A DNA stretch of 64,000 nt from an uncultured Acidimicrobiales bacterium (GTDB lineage Bacteria > Actinomycetota > Acidimicrobiia > Acidimicrobiales > VFJN01), in contig CAWJFG010000021.1 of the NCBI GenBank assembly GCA_963842015.1, forward strand, positions 174,631-238,630, written 5' to 3'. Under the pieces are notes generated by a model that had not been told where the DNA came from, did no database searches, and saw nothing but the letters and a program-made list of their open reading frames with translations. This document shows, one piece after another, positions 8,668-20,033 of this stretch. Made by a program: the position numbers and the translations under genes. Positions within the stretch are counted from its first letter, which is position 1. Every line of letters starts with the position of its first letter.

Positions 8668-9821
8668 CCGGGGCCGCCGCCCCCGACGGCGACGGCCTGC
8701 CGCCCGCGGCGTACGCGGCCGCGATGGCGGGGTTGCGTCGCATGGGCCCGGCCCGCCTGACCGCGATCCTCGCCGCCGCGCCGCCGCCCGAGGCGTGGCG
8801 GCGGCTGCGCGCGGGCGAGCCGTGGCGCGAGGGCGACGTGGCCGGTGCGCTGGGCGCCGGGGCGGACGAGCTGATCGGTGCGTGGCGCACCGCGGCGAGC
8901 GAGGTCGACGTCGGGCAGCTGTGGCGGCGCACGGGCGAGCTGGGTGTGCAGGTCGCGTGGCGCGGGTCGCCGGCGTACCCCGCGCTGCTGGGGGCCGACG
9001 TCGAGCCGCCGGCGGTGGTGTTCCACCAGGGTGACCTCGCGGTGATCGCGGGTCCGCGGGTGGCCGTCGTCGGCACCCGGCGCTGTTCGGCCACGGGGCG
9101 GGGCGTGGCCTTCGAGCTGGGCCGCGAGCTGGCCGCGGCCGGCGTGGCGGTCGTGTCGGGCCTGGCGGCCGGCATCGACGGCGCCGCGCACCGGGGCGCG
9201 CTGGCGGCGGGCGCTGCTCCGCCCATCGGCGTGGTGGCCTGCGGGCACGACGTCGTCTACCCGCCCCACCAGCACGAGCTGTGGCACGCGGTCGCGTCGG
9301 CCGGCGTGCTGCTGTCCGAGGCGCCACCGGGCACCCGGCCCGAGCGCTGGCGCTTCCCGGCGCGCAATCGCATCATCGCCGCGCTCGCCGACGTCGTGGT
9401 CGTGGTCGAGTCGCACGTGCGGGGCGGGTCCCTCCACACGGTCGACGAGGCCGATCGGCGGGGGCGCGACGTGTTCGCCGTGCCGGGGTCGGTGCGCAAC
9501 CCCGCAGCGGGGGGCACCAACGCCCTGCTCGCCGAAGGGCGGGCGCCCGCGTGCTCGGCCGACGACGTCCTGGTCGCCCTCGATCTCGGCACGGGCCGTC
9601 GTCGTCGGTCGCGCGACGGTCGGGCCGAACCCGACGCCGCCGACCGAGAGGTGCTCGAGCACGTCGGCTGGGAGGCGGCGACGCTGGACCAGCTCGCGGT
9701 GCGCACCGGCCGCGACCTCGGTCGGCTGGCCCCCGCACTCGACCGGCTCTGCGACGCCGGGTGGGTGAGCCGGGCCGGCGGGTGGTACGAGCGGCTCGCC
9801 GAGCCGGGAGCGGCGCGATGA
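8664..9821 (+). CDS. dprA: DNA-processing protein DprA
   Basis: GTG 8664 overlaps the comM stop. Contains VVGTRRCSATG, VVSGLAAGIDGAAHRGAL and RFPARNRIIAAL. Only the last 385 aa of the 751-aa track ORF are genuine. Confidence 0.9.
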   Translation: MTGAAAPDGDGLPPAAYAAAMAGLRRMGPARLTAILAAAPPPEAWRRLRAGEPWREGDVAGALGAGADELIGAWRTAASEVDVGQLWRRTGELGVQVAWRGSPAYPALLGADVEPPAVVFHQGDLAVIAGPRVAVVGTRRCSATGRGVAFELGRELAAAGVAVVSGLAAGIDGAAHRGALAAGAAPPIGVVACGHDVVYPPHQHELWHAVASAGVLLSEAPPGTRPERWRFPARNRIIAALADVVVVVESHVRGGSLHTVDEADRRGRDVFAVPGSVRNPAAGGTNALLAEGRAPACSADDVLVALDLGTGRRRRSRDGRAEPDAADREVLEHVGWEAATLDQLAVRTGRDLGRLAPALDRLCDAGWVSRAGGWYERLAEPGAAR

Positions 9822-10771
9822 ACCCCGTGGGGCCCCATGCCCCGGGCGCGCCACCGTCGCTGGGTACGGTGATCCCCATGGGGTGGCACCTCGACGAGTT
9901 CTCGCGGTCGCTCACCGCCGTGGCGCCGTCGACCGTCGAGGCCTACGCCCGCGACCTCCGATCCTTCACCACGTGGGCCGGCCGCCTGGGGCTCGACGGC
10001 CCCGGCGGCGTCGACCGCCAGGTGCTGCGGCGCTACCTGGCCTACCTGGCCACGCGGGGCCAGGCCCGCCGCACGATCGCCCGCCGGGCGTCCGCCCTGC
10101 GGCGCTACTTCGGCTGGCTGGTCCGCACCGGGCGCCTCGACCGCGACCCGACGGTCGGTCTCAGCGCCCCCAAGGGAGAGGCCCGCCTGCCCCGGGTGCT
10201 GCGCCCCGACGAGCTCCGGGCGTTGCTCGGCGAGGGCGACGAGCCCGCCCCGCCGGCGGCCGGCGTCCTCCAGGCCGCGGTCGAACTCCGTGACACCGCG
10301 CTGCTCGAGCTGCTGTACGGAAGCGGCCTGCGCATCGCCGAGGCCACGGGCCTCGACGTCGACGAGGTCGACCTCGCCCGCGCCCGGGTCGTGGTCTGGG
10401 GCAAGGGTGGCAAGCAGCGCACCGTGCCCCTCAGCGATCCGGCGGCGGCCGCTCTCGGCCGCTGGCTCGGCGACGGGCGGCCCCAGATGGCGACCGAGGC
10501 GTCTCCCGGGGGCGCCGTCTTCCTCAACCGTCGAGGCCGCCGGCTCACCCCTCGTGACGCCCGGCGCGTGCTCGACCGGCGCGCCATCGCGCCCACCCAT
10601 CCGCACGCACTGCGCCACACGTTCGCAACGCACCTGCTCGACGGGGGCGCTGACCTGCGAGTCGTCCAAGAGCTCCTCGGCCATTCAGACGTGGCGACCA
10701 CCCAGCGTTACACTCACGTCTCGAAGGAACGGCTGAGGACAGTTTTCGACGCCACCCACCCGCGGGCATAG
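9818..10771 (+). CDS. xerC: Tyrosine recombinase XerC
   Basis: ATG 9818 overlaps the dprA stop (ATGA). SAM-like N-domain, then ELLYGSGLRIAEA, HALRHTFATHLL and LGHSDVATTQRYTHV catalytic motifs. Confidence 0.9.
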   Translation: MNPVGPHAPGAPPSLGTVIPMGWHLDEFSRSLTAVAPSTVEAYARDLRSFTTWAGRLGLDGPGGVDRQVLRRYLAYLATRGQARRTIARRASALRRYFGWLVRTGRLDRDPTVGLSAPKGEARLPRVLRPDELRALLGEGDEPAPPAAGVLQAAVELRDTALLELLYGSGLRIAEATGLDVDEVDLARARVVVWGKGGKQRTVPLSDPAAAALGRWLGDGRPQMATEASPGGAVFLNRRGRRLTPRDARRVLDRRAIAPTHPHALRHTFATHLLDGGADLRVVQELLGHSDVATTQRYTHVSKERLRTVFDATHPRA

Positions 10772-10781
10772 GGACGCGTAC

Positions 10782-11561
10782 GTGACAAACGTCGAGGTCG
10801 AGATCGCCACGGTGTGGCACGCATACAAGCGTGCTGGCCAGCGACCGGCGAGAGACGAACTGATCTTGCACTACGCACCGCTGGTCCACCTCGTGGCCGG
10901 CCGGCTCGCCGCGGGTGCCCCCAGCCACGTCGATCGTGCCGACCTCGTGAGCTACGGCGTGTTCGGGCTGATCGACGCCATCGACAAGTTCGACCTCGAC
11001 CGCGGTCACCGGTTCGAGACCTACGCCATCGCTCGCATCCGGGGCCACATCGTCGACGAGCTGCGCTCGTTCGACTGGGTGCCGCGATCGGTGCGCGCCA
11101 AGGCCCGCGCCATCGACGGCGCGATCCGGACGCTCGAGTCCGAGCTGTGCCGGGCTCCCACCGACGACGAGCTGGCCGCGGCCCTCGGCATGAGCGAGGC
11201 CGAGCTGCAACGGGCGCTGGCCCAGGTGGCGCTCGTCAACCTCGTCAACTTCGACGCCTCCCTCGGGGCGGCGGCCGACAGCGACCAACCACTGACGATC
11301 GGCGAGGTGCTGGCCGCGCCCGACGTCGCCCCCGGCCACCAGATCGAGCTCGACGAGCTCCGGCGAGCGCTGGCCACGGCCATCGACCAGCTCGGCGAAC
11401 GAGAGCGCGACGTGGTGGCGCTCTACTACCACGACGGCCTCACGCTGGCCGAGATCGGCGAGGTCCTCGGCGTGACCGAGAGCCGCGTCTGCCAGATCCA
11501 CGGCAAGGCCGTGGGGCACCTGCGCCGGTGGCTGACCGCCGCCGAGCGCGAGCCCGCCTGA
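10782..11561 (+). CDS. whiG: FliA/WhiG-family (sigma-28 type) RNA polymerase sigma factor
   Basis: 259 aa. Region 2 LVSYGVFGLIDAIDKFD, region 4.2 LAEIGEVLGVTESRVCQIHGKAV. The neighbourhood matches the whiG-M23 peptidase-rpsB arrangement as I recall it from Streptomyces. Confidence 0.85.
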   Translation: MTNVEVEIATVWHAYKRAGQRPARDELILHYAPLVHLVAGRLAAGAPSHVDRADLVSYGVFGLIDAIDKFDLDRGHRFETYAIARIRGHIVDELRSFDWVPRSVRAKARAIDGAIRTLESELCRAPTDDELAAALGMSEAELQRALAQVALVNLVNFDASLGAAADSDQPLTIGEVLAAPDVAPGHQIELDELRRALATAIDQLGERERDVVALYYHDGLTLAEIGEVLGVTESRVCQIHGKAVGHLRRWLTAAEREPA

Positions 11562-11683
11562 CGGGCCTCGACCGCGCCTGCGAGGCGCCGTCCCCGACCC
11601 GCGCGTCCTGACGACGCCCGTTCGCTTCGTCGCTCGCGCCCCGACGGGCGCCTCCCAGCGTCGCCCTCTGCGGCGCCTCGCGA

Positions 11684-11715
11684 CCTCTGTGGTCGCCGCC
11701 CAGGCACCACAGAGG
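11684..11715 (+). promoter_or_regulatory. 10-bp perfect hairpin whose 3' arm overlaps the Shine-Dalgarno sequence of the M23 peptidase gene
   Basis: CCTCTGTGGT-N12-ACCACAGAGG. The SD GAGGAGG is at 11712-11718 and the ATG at 11723. Confidence 0.3.
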
Positions 11716-11722
11716 AGGCCCC

Positions 11723-12646
11723 ATGCTCCACGTCCACCGCACCGTTCCCCGCGTGCGCCCCCGCCGTCGTGCCCGTCGCGGCCGACGGGGTCCGGTGTGG
11801 CCCGAGGTCGCGGCCGGCCGGCGGCACCGCGCCCGGCCTCGAGCGACCGCTCCCCGGTGGTCGCCGGTTCGCCGGCGCGTCCTCGGGGCGGTGCTGGCGA
11901 TGACGGCCACGGTGGTCGCCCTGGTCGCGACCCCGAGCCGGCCGGCCGACGGGCGCGAGCGCAGGCCCGCCCAACCGTCCCCGTCCCCGATCCACCTCCC
12001 GCCGGTCGACGCGCCGATCGCCGATCCGTTCCGACCTCCGACCGGGCCCTACGGGGCCGGGAACCGGGGTCTCGACTACGACACGACGGCGGGCGACGTC
12101 GTGCGGGCGAGTGCGGCCGGCACGGTGGTGTTCGCCGGGCCGGTGGCGGGCTCGCTCCACGTGACGGTGCGTCACGCCGACGGGGTGCGCACGAGCTACT
12201 CGTTCCTCGAGGCCGTGAGCACGATCGTCGGCGCCACCGTGGCGGCCGGCGATCCGGTCGGGACCGCCGGCGAGCACCTGCACTTCGGCGCACGGGCGGG
12301 CGACGCCTACTTCGACCCTGCTGCCCTGTTCGGCGGCGCGGCGACCGTCGAGCTGCTGCCGTTCGAGGTGCCTCCGGGGTCGACGCCCGACGCCGAGGCC
12401 CGGGCCCTGGTCGGGATCGCGTTCTCCGACGGTCGCGGGCTGTCCGTCGACGGCCCTGGGCCCGGCGATGGGATGGCTTCGCGACCGGGCGATCGACGGT
12501 GCGTCCGTGCTGGCGGCCGGCCCGGGGCTCGCCGGCGGCGGCCCCCTCGGCCACGGCCTGTCGGTGGCCTCCGACCTCGTCGATCGACTGGTGTTCCCGC
12601 CCCCGTGCTCGACCGACCCACCACCGGTCCGCCCGGTGGCCCGTGA
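11723..12646 (+). CDS. M23 (LytM-type) metallopeptidase. The last 60 codons look non-coding, so the real end or a frame switch is near 12470
   Basis: Signal/TM segment RRRVLGAVLAMTATVVALVA, then GNRGLDYDTTAGDVVRASAAGTVVFAG...GEHLHFGAR. After about aa 250 the frame becomes Arg/Pro-rich. Confidence 0.75.
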   Translation: MLHVHRTVPRVRPRRRARRGRRGPVWPEVAAGRRHRARPRATAPRWSPVRRRVLGAVLAMTATVVALVATPSRPADGRERRPAQPSPSPIHLPPVDAPIADPFRPPTGPYGAGNRGLDYDTTAGDVVRASAAGTVVFAGPVAGSLHVTVRHADGVRTSYSFLEAVSTIVGATVAAGDPVGTAGEHLHFGARAGDAYFDPAALFGGAATVELLPFEVPPGSTPDAEARALVGIAFSDGRGLSVDGPGPGDGMASRPGDRRCVRAGGRPGARRRRPPRPRPVGGLRPRRSTGVPAPVLDRPTTGPPGGP

Positions 12647-13499
12647 CCGGCGGGTGGCGATCACGGTGGCGGGGCTCGGCTCGACCAGCGCGTCGGCCGC
12701 CATCGACGGCCTGCGCACGGCCGACCTCGGCTACGAGGCCGGCCGGGTGGTGCGCTTCAGCTATGCCGGTGGGCGCACGCCGGCGTCAGGGTCCGACGTG
12801 CCGGGCATCCCGACGTCCCGCTACTCGTCGGCCGACACGCAGGGTGACGTGGCCGGCGCCGCCGCCCGCCTGGCCGACCTGGTCGAACAGGCGGCCGCCG
12901 CCGAGCCGGGCGCCACCGTCGACCTCTACGCCCACTCGCTGGGCGGCCTGGTCACCCGGCTCGCGCTGGTCGAGCTCGAGCGGCGGGGCTTCACCATGTC
13001 CCGCCTCGGCCTGGTGGCCACGATCGCCGCACCGCACGGCGGGGCCGACCTGGCCACCGCGGTGGCGGCCGCGGCCGACGCCCCGCGGGCCGGCCCCGCC
13101 CTCGACGCCGCCTCCGACCTGCTCGGTCTCGGGCTCGACCCCGATGCGCCGGTCGTCGAGCAGCTGAGCGAGCGCTCCGATCTCGTCGACGGGCTGGCCG
13201 CGATCGGCCTGCCCGCGGGCGTCAGGTTCCTGTCGATCGCCGCTCGCGGCGACCTCGTGGTCGCGTCACCGCGCACGCGGGTCGACGGCGCCGTCGAGGT
13301 CACGGTCCCCGTCTCCGGCGTGTCGGCGCACAGCACCGTCGTGGGCTCGGACGAGGCCACCACCGAGATCGCCCGGGCCCTCGCCGGCCGGCCGCCGGGA
13401 TGCGAGCGGTGGGAGGATGTCGTCGCCGACGTGGTGACCGGCCACACCATCGCCGCGGCCGAGGACCACCTCGGCCTGGTGGTCCGGGCCGCCGGGTGA
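12468..13499 (+). CDS. Alpha/beta hydrolase (lipase/PGAP1-like), possibly fused to the upstream M23 peptidase
   Basis: 343-aa ORF with the nucleophile elbow [14 protein letters not shown]. Overlaps the M23 ORF by 179 nt in another frame. Confidence 0.7.
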   Translation: MGWLRDRAIDGASVLAAGPGLAGGGPLGHGLSVASDLVDRLVFPPPCSTDPPPVRPVARDRRVAITVAGLGSTSASAAIDGLRTADLGYEAGRVVRFSYAGGRTPASGSDVPGIPTSRYSSADTQGDVAGAAARLADLVEQAAAAEPGATVDLYAHSLGGLVTRLALVELERRGFTMSRLGLVATIAAPHGGADLATAVAAAADAPRAGPALDAASDLLGLGLDPDAPVVEQLSERSDLVDGLAAIGLPAGVRFLSIAARGDLVVASPRTRVDGAVEVTVPVSGVSAHSTVVGSDEATTEIARALAGRPPGCERWEDVVADVVTGHTIAAAEDHLGLVVRAAG

Positions 13500-13677
13500 C
13501 CGGCGCCGGCCGTCGGGCCGGGTGTGCGAGCACCGCCGGGCGCCCGATAGGCTGTCACGCCGGCCAGGAACCCCTGGTCGCGCCCGTCGATCACATCCAC
13601 ACCTCACAGCCGGTCCATCCCATGGTCGCCTCCGGGCGCCGGGCCGGCGACGTCGAACCCTGGGAAAGGACCACATC

Positions 13678-14682
13678 GTGGCCGTCGTCAGCATGAAGCA
13701 GCTCCTCGAGGCCGGTGTCCACTTCGGGCACCAGACCCGCCGGTGGAACCCGAAGATGAAGCGGTTCATCTTCGGCGAGCGCAACGGCATCTACATCATC
13801 GATCTCCAGCAGACGCTGACCCGGATCGAGTCCGCGTACACCTTCGTGCGCGACATCACCGCCAAGGGCGGTTCCGTCCTCTTCGTCGGCACCAAGAAGC
13901 AGGCGCAGGACCCCATCGAGCAGTACGCCGAGAAGAGCGGCATGCCGTTCGTCAACGAGCGCTGGCTCGGCGGCATGCTCACCAACTACCAGACCATGAG
14001 CAAGCGCGTCGCCAAGATGCTCGAGCTCGAGCGTCAGCGCGACTCGGGTGAGTTCGCGGCGATGCCCAAGAAGGAAGCGCTGCTGAAGACCCGCGAGCTC
14101 GACAAGCTGGCTCGCTACCTCGGCGGCATCCGCGCGATGGAGAAGCTGCCCCAGGCCGTGTTCGTGCTCGACACCAAGAAGGAGCACATCGCGGTCACCG
14201 AGGCCAACAAGCTGGGCATCCCGGTCGTGGCGGTGGTCGACACGAACTGCGACCCCGACGTCATCGACTACGTGATCCCGGGCAACGACGACGCCATCCG
14301 CTCCGGCACCCTGCTGTGCCGTGTGATCTCCGACGCCGTGATCGAGGGCAAGCACATGGCCTCGCTCGCCACCCCGGTGGCGCCGCGCTCGACCAACGAC
14401 GAGGCGCGTGTGGCCGCCGAGCAGGCCGAGGCCCGCCGTCTGGCCCTGCTCGAGGCGCAGCAGCGCGAGAGCCGGGTGGCAGCCGGTCGGCCGGCTCCCC
14501 GCCCCGCCCCGGTCACCCCGGTCGGCGAGGAGCCCCTGAGCGAGTCGATCGCCCCCGAGGTCGCCGAGGCCGAGGCCGAGGCCGGCGTGGACCTCACGCC
14601 CGAGCCCGCCGCCGCCGACGAGGCCGCCCCCGCCGACACCACCTCCTCCGAAACGACCCCCACCGACACCCAGGAGTCCTGA
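13678..14682 (+). CDS. rpsB: 30S ribosomal protein S2 with acidic/Pro-rich C-terminal extension
   Basis: GTG 13678 is preceded by GGAAAGGA. Protein reads [43 protein letters not shown]. Confidence 0.95.
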   Translation: MAVVSMKQLLEAGVHFGHQTRRWNPKMKRFIFGERNGIYIIDLQQTLTRIESAYTFVRDITAKGGSVLFVGTKKQAQDPIEQYAEKSGMPFVNERWLGGMLTNYQTMSKRVAKMLELERQRDSGEFAAMPKKEALLKTRELDKLARYLGGIRAMEKLPQAVFVLDTKKEHIAVTEANKLGIPVVAVVDTNCDPDVIDYVIPGNDDAIRSGTLLCRVISDAVIEGKHMASLATPVAPRSTNDEARVAAEQAEARRLALLEAQQRESRVAAGRPAPRPAPVTPVGEEPLSESIAPEVAEAEAEAGVDLTPEPAAADEAAPADTTSSETTPTDTQES

Positions 14683-14688
14683 GCCACG

Positions 14689-16254
<1,566 letters not shown>

Positions 16255-16255
<1 letters not shown>

Positions 16256-16283
16256 TGGTACGACGTACTGCGAGCAGTACCAC
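16255..16283 (+). terminator. Hairpin overlapping the pyrH stop (7-bp stem, 15-nt loop), weak terminator candidate
   Basis: GTGGTAC-N15-GTACCAC. Relatively AT-rich patch that also contains the palindrome CCACTAGTGG. Confidence 0.25.
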
Positions 16284-16385
16284 GAGCAATCGACGACAGC
16301 AGGCAGCAGGAGGGGCCGCCGGGCACACCGGCCGACCCGGGGCGCTGCTCGCGTGTTCGTCGCCGCTCTCGATCCAGGAGCACCC

Positions 16386-16958
16386 GTGCCTGACGACGAC
16401 ATGATCGCGATGGTCCTCGACGAGGCCCGCGACAAGATGGCGAAGGCGGTCGACCACGCCCGGGCCGAGTTCACCGGGGTCCGCACCGGGCGGGCCGCGC
16501 CCGCACTGGTCGAGAAGCTGCCCGTCGACTACTACGGCACCGAGGTGCCGATGCAGCAGATCGCGGGGTTCACAGTGCCCGAAGCGCGGATGCTCGTGAT
16601 CAGCCCCTACGACAAGGGGGCGATCGGCGCCATCGAGAAGGCGCTCCAGAACAGCCGCCTGGGGCTGTCGCCCAACAACGACGGCCAGGTCATCCGCCTC
16701 AACTTCCCGCCGCTGACGGAAGAGCGTCGCAAGGAGCTCGTGCGGGTCGTGCGCGGCATGGCCGAGGAGGGGCGGATCAGCATCCGGCACGCCCGGCGGG
16801 GCGCGCGCCACGATCTCGAGGGGCTCGAGCACGACGGTGACATCTCGGCCGACGACCTCACCCGGGCCGAGAAGGAGCTCGACAAGCTCACGCAGAAGTA
16901 CGAGGCCGGCGTCGACGCGGCGCTCGAGCACAAGGAACAGGAGCTCCTCGAGGTGTGA
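16386..16958 (+). CDS. frr: Ribosome recycling factor
   Basis: GTG 16386 lies 5 nt after AGGAG. Contains DEARDKMAKAVDHARAEFTGVRTGRA, EERRKELVR and ISIRHARR. Confidence 0.95.
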   Translation: MPDDDMIAMVLDEARDKMAKAVDHARAEFTGVRTGRAAPALVEKLPVDYYGTEVPMQQIAGFTVPEARMLVISPYDKGAIGAIEKALQNSRLGLSPNNDGQVIRLNFPPLTEERRKELVRVVRGMAEEGRISIRHARRGARHDLEGLEHDGDISADDLTRAEKELDKLTQKYEAGVDAALEHKEQELLEV

Positions 16959-17139
16959 ACAGGCGTCGCGCCCCCTCCTCCGGCGGCCGTTGCAGCCCTG
17001 CGCCCGCAGCCTTTGCCACCACCTGGGGGGCCGACGCGGTCAGGATGGTGGGGCGGCACCGCATGTCGCGCCACCATGCAGAACGACGCCGGCGAGGTGC
17101 CAGCTTCATCGAGGGCGGGTTCGACGGAAGGAAGACGAC

Positions 17140-18699
17140 GTGACCGATCGGGATGACCGCCGCGACCAGCGCCACCGTGATCCCACCGAGGGCGTGCGCC
17201 TCCTCGGCGCCGACGAGGCGGCCGAGGCGCTCGAGCGCGACGACATCCGGCACCGCTTCGCCGAGGGTCAGCCGCGCTTCGGCGACCGACCCGCCTCCCC
17301 GCCGGCGGAGGGCCCGCGACCGGCGCTCCGCTTCCCCCTCGGGTCCTACGACGACCCGAATTCGATCGAGCGTCCGCCCGTGGTGCCCGTCCAACGGCCG
17401 ACGGACGCACCCGAGCTGTCGCACTGGGCCGGCTCGGCCGCAGAGGAGGTCCCGCACATGAGCGGACGCGACCCGCGCCAGGGTGACGACACGTGGTCGG
17501 GGTACGAGACCGACCCCCGATGGCGCGACGAGCCGACGCGTGCGCCGGCGCAGGGGCCCTCGGGATGGCCCGCTCCGGCGCCGTCCGAGCAGACGGGTGG
17601 CGGTCGAGGCGCGCCGCAGCCGTACGAGGCGGGGGTCGACCCGTCGCCCGGCCGCTCGGTGTTCGACGGCCCGCCCCAGGGCGCCCCGCCCTCCTACGAC
17701 GACCCGTACGGCGACGCCGGCTACGAGGAGGAGGGCTACGACGCCGGGTACTCCGAGACGTACGACGACGTCTACGACGACGAGGTCTACGACGAACCGG
17801 CGGCCGGGTTCCCCGACGCGCGCCGCAGGGGTGGCGCGCCGGTGGGCACCGCGCCTCGACGGGCGACCCGCAAGGCGCCCGACCGCGACCTGCGTACGGC
17901 TGTCCTCGTGGGGGTCGGCTTCCTCGCCGCGGCGCTGGCGGCCTTCGCCGTGCTGGGCCCACTGGGCGGGATGATCGTCGCGGTCCCGATCCTGTCGTAC
18001 GCGACGTACGAGTTCTTCGTGGCCGTGAACACGGCCGGGTTCGAAGCACCGATGCCGGTGGGGGTGGCGGCGGCGGCCGGTGCGATCATCGCGGCCTACA
18101 ACTACGGGGAGGCGGCGATCCCACTCGTGCTCGTGCTGGCGGTGGCCGTGAGCTTCCTGTGGTACCTCGTCGGCGCCGGTGGCGACCGTCCGGTGGCCAA
18201 CATCGGGGTGACCCTGCTGGGTGTGTGCTGGATCGGGTTGTTCGGCTCGTTCGCCGGGCTGCTGCTCGCCGCACCGCTCGGGCACGGTGTCGCGTTCCTC
18301 CTGGCGGCGGTCATCCCCACGGTGGCCTACGACGTGGGCGCCCTGTTCGTGGGCCGCAGCGCCGGTTCGCGCCCGCTGTCGGCCGCGAGCCCGAACAAGA
18401 CGATCGAGGGCCTGGCCGGCGGCATGCTGCTGGCGGTCGTCGCCGCGGTCGTGTTCGCGATCCTCGGGGTGTACCCCTTCGACGACTGGCAGGAGGGCCT
18501 GAAGCTCGGCATCCTCGTCGCCCTCGTCGCCCCGCTCGGCGACCTGGCCGAGTCGCTGGTCAAGCGCGACCTCGGCATCAAGGACATGGGCAGCGTCCTG
18601 CCGGGTCACGGCGGTCTGCTCGACCGCTTCGACGCCCTGCTGTTCGTGCTCCCCGCGGTGTGGTACCTGTCGCGCATCAGCGACTTCTTCCTCACCTGA
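17140..18699 (+). CDS. cdsA: Phosphatidate cytidylyltransferase CdsA with an N-terminal low-complexity extension of about 245 aa
   Basis: GTG 17140 follows GGAAGGAAG. The C-terminal 270 aa are multi-TM with SPNKTIEGLAGG and KDMGSVLPGHGGLLDRFDALLF. The N-terminal part is Asp/Tyr/Pro/Arg-rich. Confidence 0.85.
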   Translation: MTDRDDRRDQRHRDPTEGVRLLGADEAAEALERDDIRHRFAEGQPRFGDRPASPPAEGPRPALRFPLGSYDDPNSIERPPVVPVQRPTDAPELSHWAGSAAEEVPHMSGRDPRQGDDTWSGYETDPRWRDEPTRAPAQGPSGWPAPAPSEQTGGGRGAPQPYEAGVDPSPGRSVFDGPPQGAPPSYDDPYGDAGYEEEGYDAGYSETYDDVYDDEVYDEPAAGFPDARRRGGAPVGTAPRRATRKAPDRDLRTAVLVGVGFLAAALAAFAVLGPLGGMIVAVPILSYATYEFFVAVNTAGFEAPMPVGVAAAAGAIIAAYNYGEAAIPLVLVLAVAVSFLWYLVGAGGDRPVANIGVTLLGVCWIGLFGSFAGLLLAAPLGHGVAFLLAAVIPTVAYDVGALFVGRSAGSRPLSAASPNKTIEGLAGGMLLAVVAAVVFAILGVYPFDDWQEGLKLGILVALVAPLGDLAESLVKRDLGIKDMGSVLPGHGGLLDRFDALLFVLPAVWYLSRISDFFLT

Positions 18700-18766
18700 C
18701 AGGTCGACCGGAGAGGCGCGGGGAGGCGACCTCGGTCGCCAGAGAACCGACAGCTACCCTGGGCGG

Positions 18767-19948
18767 GTGGCCGTGACGACCGTCGCCGTCGCCGGTTCGA
18801 CCGGGTCGATCGGCACTCAGACCATCGACGTGGTCCGGGCCGAGCCCGATCGCTTCGAGGTGGTCGCCCTGGGGGCGTGGTCGTCGGTCGACCGTCTGGT
18901 CGCCCAGGCCCGCGACCTGCGCCCGAAGCTGGTGGTCGTCGGCGACGAGACCTGCGCCCCCGACGTGGCCGAGGCGGTCCCGCCGGGCACCGAGGTCCGG
19001 GCGGGGGCCGACGCCCTCGCCGAGATGGGCACGGTGGCCGACGTCTGCGTGAACGGTGTGGTCGGGTTCGCCGGCCTGCGACTGACGCTGGCCACGCTGG
19101 CGGCCGGTCGACGCCTCGCGCTGGCCAACAAGGAGTCGCTGATCGCAGGCGGGCCGGTGGTCCGTGAGGTGCTCGCCCGGCCGGGCGCAGGGCAGATCGT
19201 GCCGGTCGACTCCGAGCACGGCGCGGTGCACCAGTGCCTGGCCGCCAACGCGGGCGGTGACCCCGGGCGGGTGGCGCGCGTGGTGCTCACCGCCAGCGGC
19301 GGTCCGTTCCGGGGCCGCACCCGGGCCGAGCTGGCCGACGTGACCGTCGACGACGCCCTCGCCCACCCGACGTGGTCGATGGGACCGAAGATCACCGTCG
19401 ACTCGTCGACCCTCATGAACAAGGGCCTCGAGGTCATCGAGGCGCACGAGCTGTTCGGCACCGCGTTCGGCCTCGACTACGACCACATCGAGGTGGTCGT
19501 GCACCCGCAGTCGATCGTCCACTCGATGGTGGAGATGAGCGACGGCTCGACCATCGCCCAGCTCAGCAACCCCGACATGCGCCTGCCGATCGGGTACGCG
19601 CTGGCGTGGCCCGACCGCATCGCCACGCCGTTCGGCCGCATCGACTGGGCCGCCTGCGGGCCGCTCGAGTTCGAACCGCCCGACCACGACGCCTTCCCGT
19701 GCCTGGGCCTGGCCTACGCCGCGGGTCGGGCCGGAGGCCTGGCGCCGGCGGTGCTGAACGCGGCCAACGAGGAGGCGGTCGGGGCCTTTCTCGGGGGCAG
19801 GATCGCCTGGTCAGCCATCCCTGACGTCCTCAACGCGGTGCTCTCCCGGCATGATGGGGGCACGGCCGACGGGGTCGACTCCGTGATCGACGCCGACCGT
19901 CGTGGCCGCGAGGCCGCCCGTCACGAGATCGAGAGGATCGCGGCATGA
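18767..19948 (+). CDS. dxr: 1-deoxy-D-xylulose 5-phosphate reductoisomerase
   Basis: VAVAGSTGSIGTQTIDVV, LANKESLI, NKGLEVIEAH; 393 aa. Confidence 0.95.
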   Translation: MAVTTVAVAGSTGSIGTQTIDVVRAEPDRFEVVALGAWSSVDRLVAQARDLRPKLVVVGDETCAPDVAEAVPPGTEVRAGADALAEMGTVADVCVNGVVGFAGLRLTLATLAAGRRLALANKESLIAGGPVVREVLARPGAGQIVPVDSEHGAVHQCLAANAGGDPGRVARVVLTASGGPFRGRTRAELADVTVDDALAHPTWSMGPKITVDSSTLMNKGLEVIEAHELFGTAFGLDYDHIEVVVHPQSIVHSMVEMSDGSTIAQLSNPDMRLPIGYALAWPDRIATPFGRIDWAACGPLEFEPPDHDAFPCLGLAYAAGRAGGLAPAVLNAANEEAVGAFLGGRIAWSAIPDVLNAVLSRHDGGTADGVDSVIDADRRGREAARHEIERIAA

Positions 19949-20033
19949 CCGAGCGCAGCGAGGTCGAACAGCACAGTCGGCCCTGCGCCACGAAGTGGCG
20001 ATTCGGTCACCGGTGCGCCCGAAGGGTGCACCA

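Noticed and set aside
7566-9821. 751-aa ORF that would extend DprA far upstream.
   Set aside because: Only the part from GTG 8664 is DprA-like. The upstream 366 codons overlap comM in another frame and are Arg/Pro-rich nonsense.
11562-11683. Possible c-di-AMP (ydaO-type) riboswitch upstream of the M23 cell-wall hydrolase, as known for some actinobacterial hydrolase genes.
   Set aside because: None of the conserved ydaO sequence blocks are visible, and the gap is short. Only the SD-proximal hairpin is reported.
16959-17139. Imperfect hairpins in the 181-nt frr-cdsA gap, for example CCACCACCTG...CAGGATGGTGG.
   Set aside because: The stems are imperfect and bulged, with no adjacent U tract or recognisable motif. 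They cannot be distinguished from the GC-rich background without covariation data.
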